Positions 25,837 to 39,000 of a DNA stretch of 64,000 nucleotides are shown piece after piece (positions within the stretch are counted from its first letter, which is position 1; every line of letters begins with the position of its first letter). The translations under genes and the position numbers were made by a program. Below the pieces are notes generated by a model. That model was not told the origin of the DNA. It ran no database searches and worked only from the letters and a program-made list of their open reading frames with translations. The DNA comes from Trichoplax adhaerens (Eukaryota; Animalia; Placozoa): contig NW_002060949.1 of the NCBI RefSeq assembly GCF_000150275.1, positions 4,682,753 through 4,746,752 on the forward strand, given 5' to 3'.

Positions 25837-28800
25837 ATGTTTATTGCAAATATCAAGCAAGAATTTTATAGCGCGATTCTATATCAGGTAAGATGATGGA
25901 TACTTCTTCATGAAGAGCCTTTCTTAGATGTCGTAGACAAGTCGATCTTGAAGCGTTTTACTATACTACGAGTAAAAGTCAAATAAAGACCAGTTTGGTC
26001 AACTTTACAACCAACTTTGCATTCTTCTAGTAGAGTTGCTGTTATTAGCCAATAACCTCTTTCAGATTGTAACCATGAAAAGCATACTTGCATCAATTTG
26101 ATACATGATTATAATTGACTCAATCCCATGATTGTTAGCCTTATTTTCTCTTTGAAATAGATGAAATGGAATGGTAATTATTCTTTTTTATCCATATTTT
26201 TATAGCGTGTTTTAATAATTGCAGTAGCAGATTGCGATTCGTTATGTAGCTGCAAGATCTTACAGGTGAGTATCGTAGCAAGTTAGACACGGATTAATTA
26301 TTGATTATTTATTTATTATTAACCTTGTATCCCATGAAAAACTCTATAGTAATACTATTCGTCATCTTCTAAAAGGTATATTGTATACTGTATAGACTAT
26401 GTACATGGAGATTACAATCATGCTACTTGCGAATGCCCTCAAAACATAAAACACTATTATTGTAGTGCATACAGCTTACGACTTTAATAACCAGTCATTA
26501 TACAGAAGACAATGTTCGATATATAAAGTCGATCATAAAAAATATCACACTTCTCGTTATTTGTCCATTCTAACTAATATTTGATTTAAATCAAAACAGT
26601 CTATCCTCCATTCTGATAATATTGGGTACACGTTAGTACCTGTTAGCGGATTACAAGAATTGGAACGGGTATATCTCGAATATAGCGATCAGGTAAGTTC
26701 AAAAATTGAATAGCTATTAAATAATACTGGTGCCTGTAGAAATGATAATCTGAAAAGATACTGCAATAGCTGTATTACAGTATTACTATAGTCTTGTGCT
26801 AACATGATGCAGAATGATGCTATTAAGCTTCACTATTTCAAATTGCGTTAAAAAATGACTAAAATAGTTGTCAATGTAGCTTGATATCACTATCATGATT
26901 CAGTTAATTCAATTTAGTCAAACTACTTAACAGTAAGTAGATTTATCGTGGCTCGATTGGCACTATCAATTTTTACTCATTTCAGATTATATTGTGAAAT
27001 TACAATGCTAGACAATCAAATCTATCGTTAATCAAAAATTAATTTCGCAGTGCGCGTATATTGTATATTGCTGCTGCTGGTTAAATACTTTTCTGTTAAT
27101 GTATTCTTAGTTTAAAAATATTATCCTCATCAATTGTGGTGGTAATATCAATATTGTGGAAATCTTACAACCAGAAGAGGATGTCAAATTTTACGTAATC
27201 GATAGGTAAGATTCAATAAAAGTGGTTGTGTCGAAACATTCTCATTTAATACGCATATATGCCTCTTTTTATTCTAACCTATTTAAACAACATTTTCTAC
27301 AGTCATCGGCCTTTCGATCTTAATAATGTATTTAATCAAGACCAAGTAAGTTTGTCCAATCGCATATCTTCTACACTATACACTATCTCGTTACAGTGTT
27401 ATCCTGACACAATACAGCAACTATCTTTGCTAGTTAATAACTACACTCTTAGTATGATGCGTATTAATCAATACTTTCTAATTTTGGGATTTTTGGTAAA
27501 ACTAATTTTTAGTGATGTGATGTATTATAAAGATCACTGTACTGAAAATTGATTAACTCTTTACTAGAGAACATGTACTGTAATTTAATGCATACTATAT
27601 TTCGTGAGCAGATATTAAAACACTCTGCGTTTACTGATACAGGTAAAAATAATTCTAATGGAAGGAGAAACAGTTGATATACCGGATTTTGACGATGTTT
27701 TTCGTCAAAATGAAGATGAAGAAGATGACGATGATGATCGTGATAATCTTGATAACGGTAGTTCTGCCGATGAAGAGATTGAGGGAAGCCCGCGTAAAAG
27801 AATGAAGACTGATACGGTTAGTACTAATAATTATAATTGAGATAAAAGTTAAGGCCAAATGGGTAGACATTTATTGGGTTACTCTATTTTCTTAGTTATC
27901 GAAAAGGAGGTGGCTCCAGAGAAGGTAACATTTACACTCTACGCATATTTTGATTTTCTACCGTCTCTTATTTCAAGCATGTCTTTTCCTGCTTACAGTA
28001 CTGATACGTAACATGTTGATTTACTTCTTTGTGCGTATTAGAAAAGAAATCTTGTTCAGTTATTACGAATTTGCTTATTATGGAACTGCTGTAAGTGCTC
28101 TAAATTGTTATTGCTAATATCAGAATTAGCCTACAGTTTGAATATACATCGTAATAGTAATATTGCACGCGTATTATTTTTACTAGTCGGCAATGATTGC
28201 ATTTGATCTCGCTTGGAAGTTGTCGAAAGATAATAACGACAATTTATGGTAAGCCAGTCATATGGCTACGCTTTTCTAAGTTATCTTTAGTTCAAACTAT
28301 CAGCTAGAATGATATGGTATACTGTTCTACTACATAGGTGGACCATAATTGGATTGACAGAGCAATATCTGCATCAAAAAATTGATAGGTTAGTTGCGAT
28401 TTAAATATCAACGTGCTATTCGAAATTTTGAATCATATACCGCGTATCAAGTACTTAAAAATTGATAAATTTTATCTTTTATTACGTAAATTAAAAGGGA
28501 CAAATACGTGCTTGATGTTAGTACAATTCAAGGACATGTTATGCGTTTAAATCGTACTAGCGATGAATCTGGATTATCTATTAATTGCATGAAAATCGGT
28601 TTCGAAAATGAGTATCCAAGAGATTTCTCCCATTATTGTAATAGATAACAATATTGTTAACTTTAAATTATTACATATTGCGTTATCCTTAACTTAAATT
28701 TAACAGTTTACGACTTGTACTATATAAGCATTGGTCGCTATATGAGAGTTTCTATTACTCGCTATATACTGCGTGTAAGTTTCGTATCTGGACTATGAAG

Positions 28801-30589
28801 GGGAAAAAGAATTTACACGAATTACTAGCTGAAATAGGGTAAAACTTCACATGAAATTTATTTTTGGTAGGCATTTTATATTTAGAGTATCGAATAAGAT
28901 AGTATATATTACGATTGTTTCAGTATCCCTGTTAAACAAGCAATGCAAAAATTTTCTTCCATGGATATGGAGTATAAGATAAATGTTAAAGAATGGATAG
29001 AAAATCTAGCTCAAAAGTTTGGGTACGGGAGTGCGAAAATATTAATACTTAAATTGCCATAAATTATACATTAGATTATTACATTTTTTTAATTCACCTT
29101 CTATCATTTTCCTGATATAGATTATCGGATATTACGTTTGGTTCATTTAGATCTCAGTTTGGTTATAAAACAAAGGTAGATTCTATTCTATTTTTTGTTT
29201 TCGGTTACTACATTATTCATTATTAACAATTATTATCTTATCCTTATTTCTTGTTATTACTTTGAATTTTTTTGAATAGTTTACTGCCGCCGATGCAGTT
29301 TACGGACTTATAGCAATAATAGAAGACATGGTAATTTTTTAGTAATTAGTATGGTGGTACTTTATACCCTTATAGATTGTGGGTATTGAAACATTATCGA
29401 TATCGCTTTCGTTTAGGAGAATCCCAAACCTTTATCGGATAAATTTTTAGAAGCTCTTGATTCGCTTTCCAGGTTGGCTGTAATTATTAATGCAATGTAT
29501 GTAAATAAAATGTAATTTGATTATTTGATTAGTAAATTAATTTACTTTTAGATCAAAATGTAAGACATTATCGGAAGGAATACGAAAAGCAAAATTACAG
29601 GTATACTATATTTTAAAGTGTATTATATATTGAACATACTAATGATCATAATAGGATGTCAAGTTACAATTTTTAACGCGAGTAGCATATGGCACTAGAG
29701 TGTAAATACTAACGGTAACAACTAACTATATATTAATAATACTTGATGTTTTAATAGCAAATCGCGATATTTAAGCAAGTTCGAAACTTTATCGATATGC
29801 GACAAGTAGTTTGTGCTGGACCATTTTTGTATGCATGCATCGATGAGGTAATATTTCCATAACATACTGACGTACGTATAGGTACTGCACTATTACCTCA
29901 ATTTGGTAACATACATTTTATTGTTTAATCAAGGGATCATCAGATAAAAAGATATTTTGTAAACCAACAACTCTTGGAAAATTAGCACGATTTCTCTTAA
30001 CTGCCTATGTTGCATCTGTAAGTAGCTGGATTATTGTCCGACAAATTATAGGTATCATATAGCAACTTAAACAATTTAAACTGTCTATTTTACATAGTCA
30101 AGAAATAAATTAGCTGCCAGTCTGCCTATGGTACTAGTAACCCCTTTAGATACAGATCGAGGTAACTAATTTTTATACACTGATGATGTTCTCCAGAAAA
30201 GTATAATTTTTATAGAATGGATTTAAGTCATCAATTTATGTAATATTCAAATAGGAACTTCACTAGTTCTTGGCATACCTCCGATAGCAGAAGACACAGC
30301 TAGAAAGTACGTCGAGTTTCGGAGTTTATCTGTGTTTTTCGATTATAACTTTCGTTTCGCTATATAGTTTTCTCGGTAGGGCTTTCGAGCAAGCGGCAGA
30401 AAAAACTAAAGCGAGAACACTACATGACTGTTTTGATTCATCAAGTAATTAATGGTGTTATTTTTTAACAGTTTGAAGTACTCGATAAAACTAATGATTT
30501 CATTTTATTTAATTTAACACGCAGTTATAGAGATTAAATCCGAAGATCGTGGAAAATTCTTCGATGCTTTGTCGGCCTTGTTGGCTTAA
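25837..30589 (+). CDS. CDC45: Cell division control protein 45 (CMG helicase component), multi-exon
   Basis: Exon 1 (25837-25887) reads MFIANIKQEFYSAILYQ. Then RVLIIAVADCDSLCSCKILQ, ILINCGGNI, DSHRPF, an acidic loop, LWWTIIGLTEQ, LRLVLYKHWSLYES and FLGRAFEQAA, ending IEIKSEDRGKFFDALSALLA*. Confidence 0.97.
28612..28706 (+). other. Probable U12-type (minor spliceosome) GT-AG intron in CDC45
   Basis: Donor GTATCCAA; branch site TCCTTAAC at 28686-28693, shortly before the AG at 28705-28706. Splicing restores FEND-LRLVLY. Confidence 0.75.
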
Positions 30590-31619
30590 ATAGTTATATT
30601 AACCTGACATTGATTTCAAAGTAATTATTATAGTTGAAAGAAAATATAAAATATAAAGATCCCATGATGCTCTACAGTTATAGTTCTCTTTTTCATTTAT
30701 TCTGAATTTATGTTACATTAGAATTGTGCTACTTTGTAATGAAATATACATGTAGAGCAGTAGCACGCGATTATAAGCCACTGTAAGTTTGTATTGGCAA
30801 GCTGTATACATTTTAATGTACTTATATATAGTAAATTTTAGGCTTTACCGTTTAATTGTATAATATACGTACGTATTTATTGTAAAATATATGTCCTGGT
30901 GTTAGTACATAATTATTGTGCAACTTTTAGTACGCATATTTGTCACCAAGACAAAATGACGTATACATATTTCACTTTACATGAAGCATATATCTTGTAC
31001 ACAACTATTTTATGAGATTGTGATGGTATACACACTCGTATGTATACTGTATTTAATAAAGACATTTTGCATTCGTAATATAGCTACTGAATTATGATGC
31101 CCATCATAGATACAGCTTAATTGCGACGTGGTTAGCTTTGTTGTTGAAGTACCTATCTGAGCTTTTACTACTTAAATGTGCAAGTTGTAAGATATACCTT
31201 CGCTGTAGCCCTGCATGTTTAAATTTAGTTATTATATTATTACATTTGAGAGCTTCCTCTCTAAAGGTATGTTAGATCTTTATGAAATTTTATTAAAATA
31301 AAATAAATTGTACATTATAGACCCGTCGTAACTACGATTGGAGGCCTATCAAAAAGGCTTGCTAACATTATAGTAAGTACAGTTATACAGTAGATGCATA
31401 GGCCGGATAAATAATACCTTGAAAGTTAATTTCCACATTAGAAATATTGACAGATATCAATCTAAACGTACTTTCGTTATCACGTAGCGCATAGAAACTT
31501 CACTACGTCGTTACTTCTTAAATTAAAAATGATGTTATAGATCGTAATTTAGCCGAAGCGTTGGTTAAAATATTGCTTTTTCCTGATAATTTAAAAGAGA
31601 ATTCTAATATTTTTTTGTA

Positions 31620-34600
31620 TTATTCATCAACATTCAAGTCTCTAATGTCGATTTGTGGTCCTCGATACGCCTATGAATATTAGATAAACATTTAAATGCA
31701 TTACTGTAGTAAGACCTTTACTAGTTTTCGATTCGAAGTAGATACGATTTCGGTTATAGAAATACGTGTAGATATATTCTATATGATTAGTAACTGTCTT
31801 ACCACTGGATCACAATAGAAAGTGCGAGGTGGTGAAATTTCTTGGAGGTAACAAATTCTACGGAAATGACGGAAAATAATCGTTCACTTAGAAATGATAT
31901 AAAATGATGAGGAGTTAGTACTGTGATGGAAAATTAATAGGCCAGGCAATTTCCTACTTATCATCCTCTGTATCCTGTAATTGATCAAATAAGAATTGAT
32001 TAACTATATTTATTAACATTCATACATACGCGTACATACATGTAGAAATAGAAAAGTATCAAGCAGTATTAAAATTATCCTTGTAATTGATAAAAGGCAT
32101 AATATAAATTTAAAAGTATTAACTATCATGAAAAATCTAATTGGTAATACTATTATTTATACTATACCGTCGAGTGTTCCTCAGGATAGACATTTTCTAC
32201 AGGAATATAGTAATGACAATTTCGATTCTAATAGTATCAATATAAGGATACAAAGTTATCAAAAATAGTAAACTACCTAAAATGATAATTAAGTGGTACG
32301 AATAAGAATAGCTATCATAAACAGAATAAATTTAATCTTGTTCTTTGCTAGCCCTAACATTATTATTCATAATTTCTTTATTGTAATTGTAAATTTTATA
32401 CAAGATTCATTGAATATAATAGTGGGAATCATATTTACGATTTTATTAGCCTAATGATAATTTTTACCAGTACATAGACAGACCTGACTAGCATTGTAAG
32501 GTGGTGCTAAAATATCGATAAATGCCGTTGGACCACTGTAATTAAGATGAAATATTAATAACTAAATAAAGAAATTCTCGTAATTTCCATAATAGTGGGC
32601 AAAACAACTTATTAGACAGAAAACATGAAGATTCTAAATGCACTTATTGTACAACAGTATATATTGACTACCATCCTATTATAATTATCACAATGTATTA
32701 ATAGCAAATTTTTTTCTTGTAAGCAATTATGGCCATAACCTAGTTTTCTCAACAGATAGAACGTTCAAATATTGTAAAATGTATGTGTTCTTTTGCTATA
32801 ACAAGTAATTTATCTAAAATATTTAGCTATTATCTAAGATCGGGTACAACAAGTATTTTAATCATAGACCTGACAGCCTCGATGCTGTGATAATTATCCT
32901 GGTCACTTTGTAAGGTCTGCACTTCATCATCATCTTTAATAATATATTGTCCACTATGAATGCACTTAATTGGTTCTACCGGGTAAGAAAAGCGTAAAAA
33001 TATATTTTAGTAAATCTTAAAAAGAAGGAATATATCTTCAGCCCAAGAATAAAGTTATGAATAGCACGAATATGCATACGATGTTGCCAACAGAGGCCAA
33101 AAGCTGTAATTAATTACTTATGATAATAATTATTATTGTCAAGTATTGAATGGTTTTATTACTATGACTTTCTTAATATTAATAGGGTATAAGATTCTTA
33201 TAGCTTTACTTACAGAGTAATTAATATCTTACCTATTCGACGTTGAAATTTTAATTTCATTAGGCTACGTGTATTTCCATGTAATTAGTAGATTTATCAA
33301 AAGAGATAAAATTGATAATAATTATTAATATAAACCTTAAATAAGATTTTAAAATTTCATCATGATATTTTTGACGTAATGAATAAGTAAGGATATTACT
33401 AATGTAAAATCGTTGATAATTGAAAGTTTCGTACCTTGTTCGCGCACATCCACCGCTGTCAAGGCGATCATATGATGTAATTTTCGCTTTTCCATATAAT
33501 ACTTTACTAGTATGATCAGAGTTTGGAAGAATTAGACTAAATCTAGTTTGTATTTTTCCTATGATAAGCCGTTTGGTAGTGTATATCATCAGTCATGCTT
33601 GAAGCAAGGAAGATCCGGTACTTCAAGTAGAACTAATTTTTATACGCTAGAACTTTTCATCTTGACACAAACAGGTCCAATCTGCATTTACTTACATTAA
33701 ACCAGTCATTTCAGGATGATCGTGGAGTGGAACAGAACACTTTTCACGGACTATAAAAACACACAAGTTAAAATATTGACATTCGTGAATTGCTATATAG
33801 CCAGCTGGAGCTCCATGGGGCCTAAGTAAGAATGCATCGAGTGCTTCTTCTAAAGCAATATCTTTAGCTCGTAATCCAGTTAGCTAAGTTAAACATCAGA
33901 AACACATTATTAATATACTGTACAACAAAATTGTCAGTGAAGTCAATTAGAAATGTTCATCATTTAGTATTTATAAGTATTCATCCGTAACTCTTATATA
34001 TATATATATATATATATATATAATCGCCATGCTTATTCTTCTCAAGAAGGAGCCGATAGGCATATTATAGATTTACAATATCCGTAAGAATACAGTATTC
34101 ATGTATCATTTAGAATAAGTTGTTCAGCTTGTGATTAGTATCATAACGTCATAATTCTCGTTGGATATACATCATAAATTTAATCTTTTTGTAAATTAGC
34201 TAATCTATAAGTGGCAATATTGGTTTCCATACAGATACTGGATACATTACGTAAGAGAAATAGACCTGCGCTTTAATTTCGATAGAAGAGAATTGGATTA
34301 GATGGAAAGTCTACATTTAGTGCATCTACAAGTATTCCTTAAGATAACTCATAGCCCAAGTTGGGTGCGAAAAAATTCAGAGTAATCATTTCGATGAAAT
34401 AGTAGAATCGGTTTAGAAAATCTGATCGACAGGCATATGATGCTCTTTAATATCATTAGTAGCAAAATTTGCAGTAAAGTCCAATGTACTCGAATCGACT
34501 ATGATTGAAAGTTGCCGATTCAGCTGAAGAATCTGATGTAAACGCTAGTAGTACAGCGGGTAAAGTCATATACTCTGAAGGGAGCTAGTTACGCAACAAG

Positions 34601-34796
34601 GTAATTTACTACGATTGATGTTTTCAGTTAGCAGAAAACTTCACGATCAACATGAAGGAAAATTCTTCGTTAAATTGTTCAAATCGAATGAAAGACTAAC
34701 CAGTGTACTCAATTTGTGATAATTGGCTGTATAGCTATCAGATCTGGAAAATGTTTTGTAAGCTTGCTTGACAATTCGATGAATTAAGGCCGACAT
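31620..34796 (-). CDS. ADO: 2-aminoethanethiol (cysteamine) dioxygenase, PCO/ADO family, multi-exon
   Basis: Start MSALIHRIVKQAYKTF; iron-binding VPLHDHPEMTGLIKVLYG; NYHSIEAVSGPTAFIDILAPPYN; RNCHYY; C-terminal PPRTFYCDPVAYRGPQI..*. Confidence 0.93.
33995..34021. repeat. (TA)n microsatellite in ADO intron 1
   Basis: About 13 uninterrupted TA units. Confidence 0.9.
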
Positions 34797-36049
34797 TTTG
34801 ATCTTATTATCTTTCACTTGATCCGGTTAGCAAATAAGCCAACTGCACTAGCTACTAATACTACGATCTATAAGAATAATGAATAAACAGGATAGAGCAA
34901 TCGAATCTCAATCATAAACTATGAGAGTAGAAAAACCTTTTTAGTTACGCTTAAGAGAAGATCGCTTCCTGATTGCTGAATGATTTGGATCTACTGTACT
35001 GTACTTCTTAACGACTATAGTATAAGCTATATTAGTACTGAGATATGAGAGTTTAAAGCCATATTGTAGCTATATTATGTCATAATTTATGCGATCTGGT
35101 ATGGGGGCGTCTCGCTGAGGAGTGCTATTGGTATAGTCTGATATCATGGATAGAGTCTCCAACTCCATAATGAATTAGTACTTATAATATAGGCTCAGTA
35201 TTTCTTTGCCTGTAGTATGCTTATCAAGCTACGTCTATCTACAATAAAACCTACAGCAACTTAATATTAGATGCTGTAATCATCTGTAGCTTTCTTTTTG
35301 AGCTTAAGGATAGGTTTACCTATGATAAATGCCAGTCAATATGTTTAAATTCCTAAAATAAATACAAGCGCAGCACACACATATCCAGCATAACACTTGT
35401 GAACTGCTCAATGGACGGTTTCTGATTACTAAAAGTAATATATTTAGACATGGGATCAGAAACGATACTGTACTTCACAGCTTCGGTTAATGTATCATGG
35501 AAGATACGGATAATTAACAGCAATAATATTTCTAGCGCGGTATGATTATGAACTAAATCCGAACATGGATACGTCTTATATAGTCAAATACGTACAGCAA
35601 CTCCAGTTTTAGTCACACGCAAGAATGATTTGTTAAGGTTTTATTATTTCATTTGCATCTTCAAATACAGAAAGCTTGATAGCCAGAATCAATCATACGG
35701 CTAGTAGTCCTGAATAATAGTTTTTTTGCCATCAATTTTTCATATTGCGTCCAGTCGCTCTCATAATGTTGTATATAGCATCTTAATACTAATTATATGA
35801 CAAACAATATTTATTTCTATACACAGTTTTAGACAAATGCATCTTTTTTAGAAAAAGCTCAATGATGATACTGTACAAAGCTAAAATATCTCATTATATA
35901 TGAATACAGAAACGACAGCGCTCTATTTTTTTTATTATACATTAAATGCCTTTCCTAATTTCAGAAAATAGAGTATGATTTCATACCGAGGCAAGACATA
36001 AACTAGCCGTCGTATGTATGAGTATTGTATCACTATCTATACACATTGA

Positions 36050-39000
36050 TTATTGAATAGTACAAATTTTCTTTACTTCCGCATCTACATCATCTTCTTC
36101 ATCTGGAAAAACAACTGCTTCCTTTTCAGAGAAATCTGGGATAACCTTATCGCATAACAAATCCTCACGTTCGTAAAACAATAAGTAAGGAGACTCCTCC
36201 GAAACACGTTCAGGCGTAGTTTCCTTAATTCAGTAATTCATAGAGAAGTAATCGTCAAGATCCAAATTCAATAAATTGTTAATATTACTCATCAATCGAT
36301 CATAATTCTTAATACCTTGCAACTACTGTCGTTAAAAATGTACCATTTATTATTCGGATTTTTCGCAAACGATACGTAATGGCCGCCGCCAAGTATTCCC
36401 GAGTGACTCTAATTACGTCAATAAAATAATAATTCATAGTTTACTAAAATATAAACAGTACGCGTATGGGGTATATCGTGAATACCTACCGCTATTGCGT
36501 AAAGATTATACAGCGGACGCTTTTCAATACCACTCGTGGCACCTTCAACTGAAATTTCAGCTGCATCGTCAGCTTTAATGTGATTCGTATCATTGCATTC
36601 ACTATCTTTTTCTTTATCATCGTTTTCTTTTACGTTATCTTTTACTTCGTTACGTAAGTCGTTATTGTCAACAGATTGCTCATTATCGCTAGTTATTGTC
36701 TCTGAAACTTCAAGTATTTCGTTTGAGTCAAGATTAGCATCGGATGTACTTGGCGATTCTACATTTGCATCTGATCCACTACCATGGGAATTATGCATTG
36801 TATCTTCATTGTTATGCTCTTCCGATGTTAATTTTTCAGTATTAGCGTTCGGATTGTGACTGTCTGCTAAAGATATAATTTCAGAACTTGCAAATGTTGC
36901 TTTGTAAGAATCATCATGTCCGACCACGTATTTATATGGATCCATATTCATAAGCGGGAATTTAACATTCTTCTGCGATTTGATCCAACGACCCGCAACA
37001 AACTGAAATCGTTTCATGTGTACAATCTATAGCATTATGGAACTCAATAAGTTAGATTTCATATAATATTATTTCTTAAAATATGTGAGACAACAGACAA
37101 AGAATCACTATAGTAACTTAATTACCAGTATAGGAGGGAGTTTCCATATTTCTAGCTTCTTAGTAGCTACTCGATGTTGCTTGCATTTTGAACAATACCT
37201 TTGTTACATAGTTATACCGCGATATCATGTAGGACATAAAAAAAATAAAATATGATATCTGTTAAATATATTTGCAAATCTTTTACTTCCATTCTTTGCT
37301 AGTAAATATACCATGATTCATCTTCTCCAAGCTCTTCTTCTGATGTAAACGCTCTTAAACATTTATCTAAGTCGATAGGCTGAGAAAGTTGCTGACGGCT
37401 AATCTCAACGCTTTCGTGACAGATTGGCTATGACAAATTTAAGTAACGTATAGTTATTTACATATTACGGCAACTTATTACAGTAGCGTTCATCACATCG
37501 AACAATATTTCGCTTTACCTTTTCCTGTGACGACTGATAGCGAAGATGTAGAGCAGTTGGATCCCAATCAATAGCTAAATATCCACTCTTATAGTTAAAT
37601 TTTTCATCATTACATTCTAATTTGCAACCATGACAAAATCTAAATAACAAGTTCATGAAGGTTGCTGTTAATATGACATCTTTGTATAGAATTACTATAA
37701 TTAAAATCATAACTTTACTTCTGCCATGAACATTGGGCGCAACCATATCCGTCTTTCTGCACAATCTTCAGTTCAAATGGGTACATCGAAGATCCACTCA
37801 GACTACTACAAAACACAATGGGAATTTGTTAAGCTAATATATAGTGTAGTTTTCTTGTGAAATGAATTTTAGAGGTATACCTTCTAGAACTGCCGCCGTT
37901 ACGTTCTACAGGAGTAACCAATCGCTGAACTTGCACCCAAACAAAAGCATATAGATCTGAATTTAAAGTATTCGGTTGGCAAGATATTATTACAGGCACT
38001 CCGAATAGACCAGGCAACTGAGATTGCCAAGCTAGGTAATACACATCCATTCTCATCTAAATAATACAAATACATAATGATGAGAAATGAAATTTACGCT
38101 AAATAAATTCAAATTTATCATAGTACGTTACCATTTTACGATTCATTGCTACAACATAATTGCCATGAGGAAATTTTATCGCTTCATGACCGCTACTATC
38201 ATCAATAGATGGGCTGCTTGAAGTGCAATCAAAAATTATACCCCTATCTTTTGAAATTTTTGTCACATCATGATCGCTATCATTGCTTGATAAAGGATCA
38301 TCTGCAGTAGGAATGAGCTCGTTCTTACAACTGGAGGATGTTGCTTCTTCACTATCCACATCTGTAATATCATTGGTTGATTTATCGTCAATCTCATTGG
38401 TTGATTTATTGTCGATCTCATTGGTTGCCTCTGGTGATGAGGCTTCAACTACCTCTACAACTGTAGGCGATGAAGAGAAAGATTCGTCTACTGGAAGATC
38501 AATCTCGTAAATGTATAATAAACCCATAAAACCAGAGCGAATTTTTTCTGTATCTAATACGAAATTTTTAACTTGAGCACCAAAAAGCTCAACTAACAAC
38601 ATTTGGGATGGCTCCAGTTGGGTATAATCCATCAATGCTACTTTTACGTCATAGTATCTTCCTTCGCTATTTAAACAAAGACCATACTTCGTATGAGTAG
38701 AACCATCCATATTTACAACAGTAACCTCTATAAAGATACTATTATCCATTGGTAATGGTAAGGATAGAAATGTAAAAGGATCAAATGTGACACTAGCATG
38801 ATCGCAAGTTTTGCATGCGACAGCACTCCTTAATTGACCATGAAATAGATCAACAACGATAGACTTGTTACGCTTGATATGGTTTTCCCAGGCTTCCAGA
38901 GCTACTTCTTCATCGCTTCTACCATCACTATCTTTCAGCTCTACATATGGCTTATCGTGTACACGATTGAGGTCTTCGTGTAATCCATCCAAAAGGAAGC

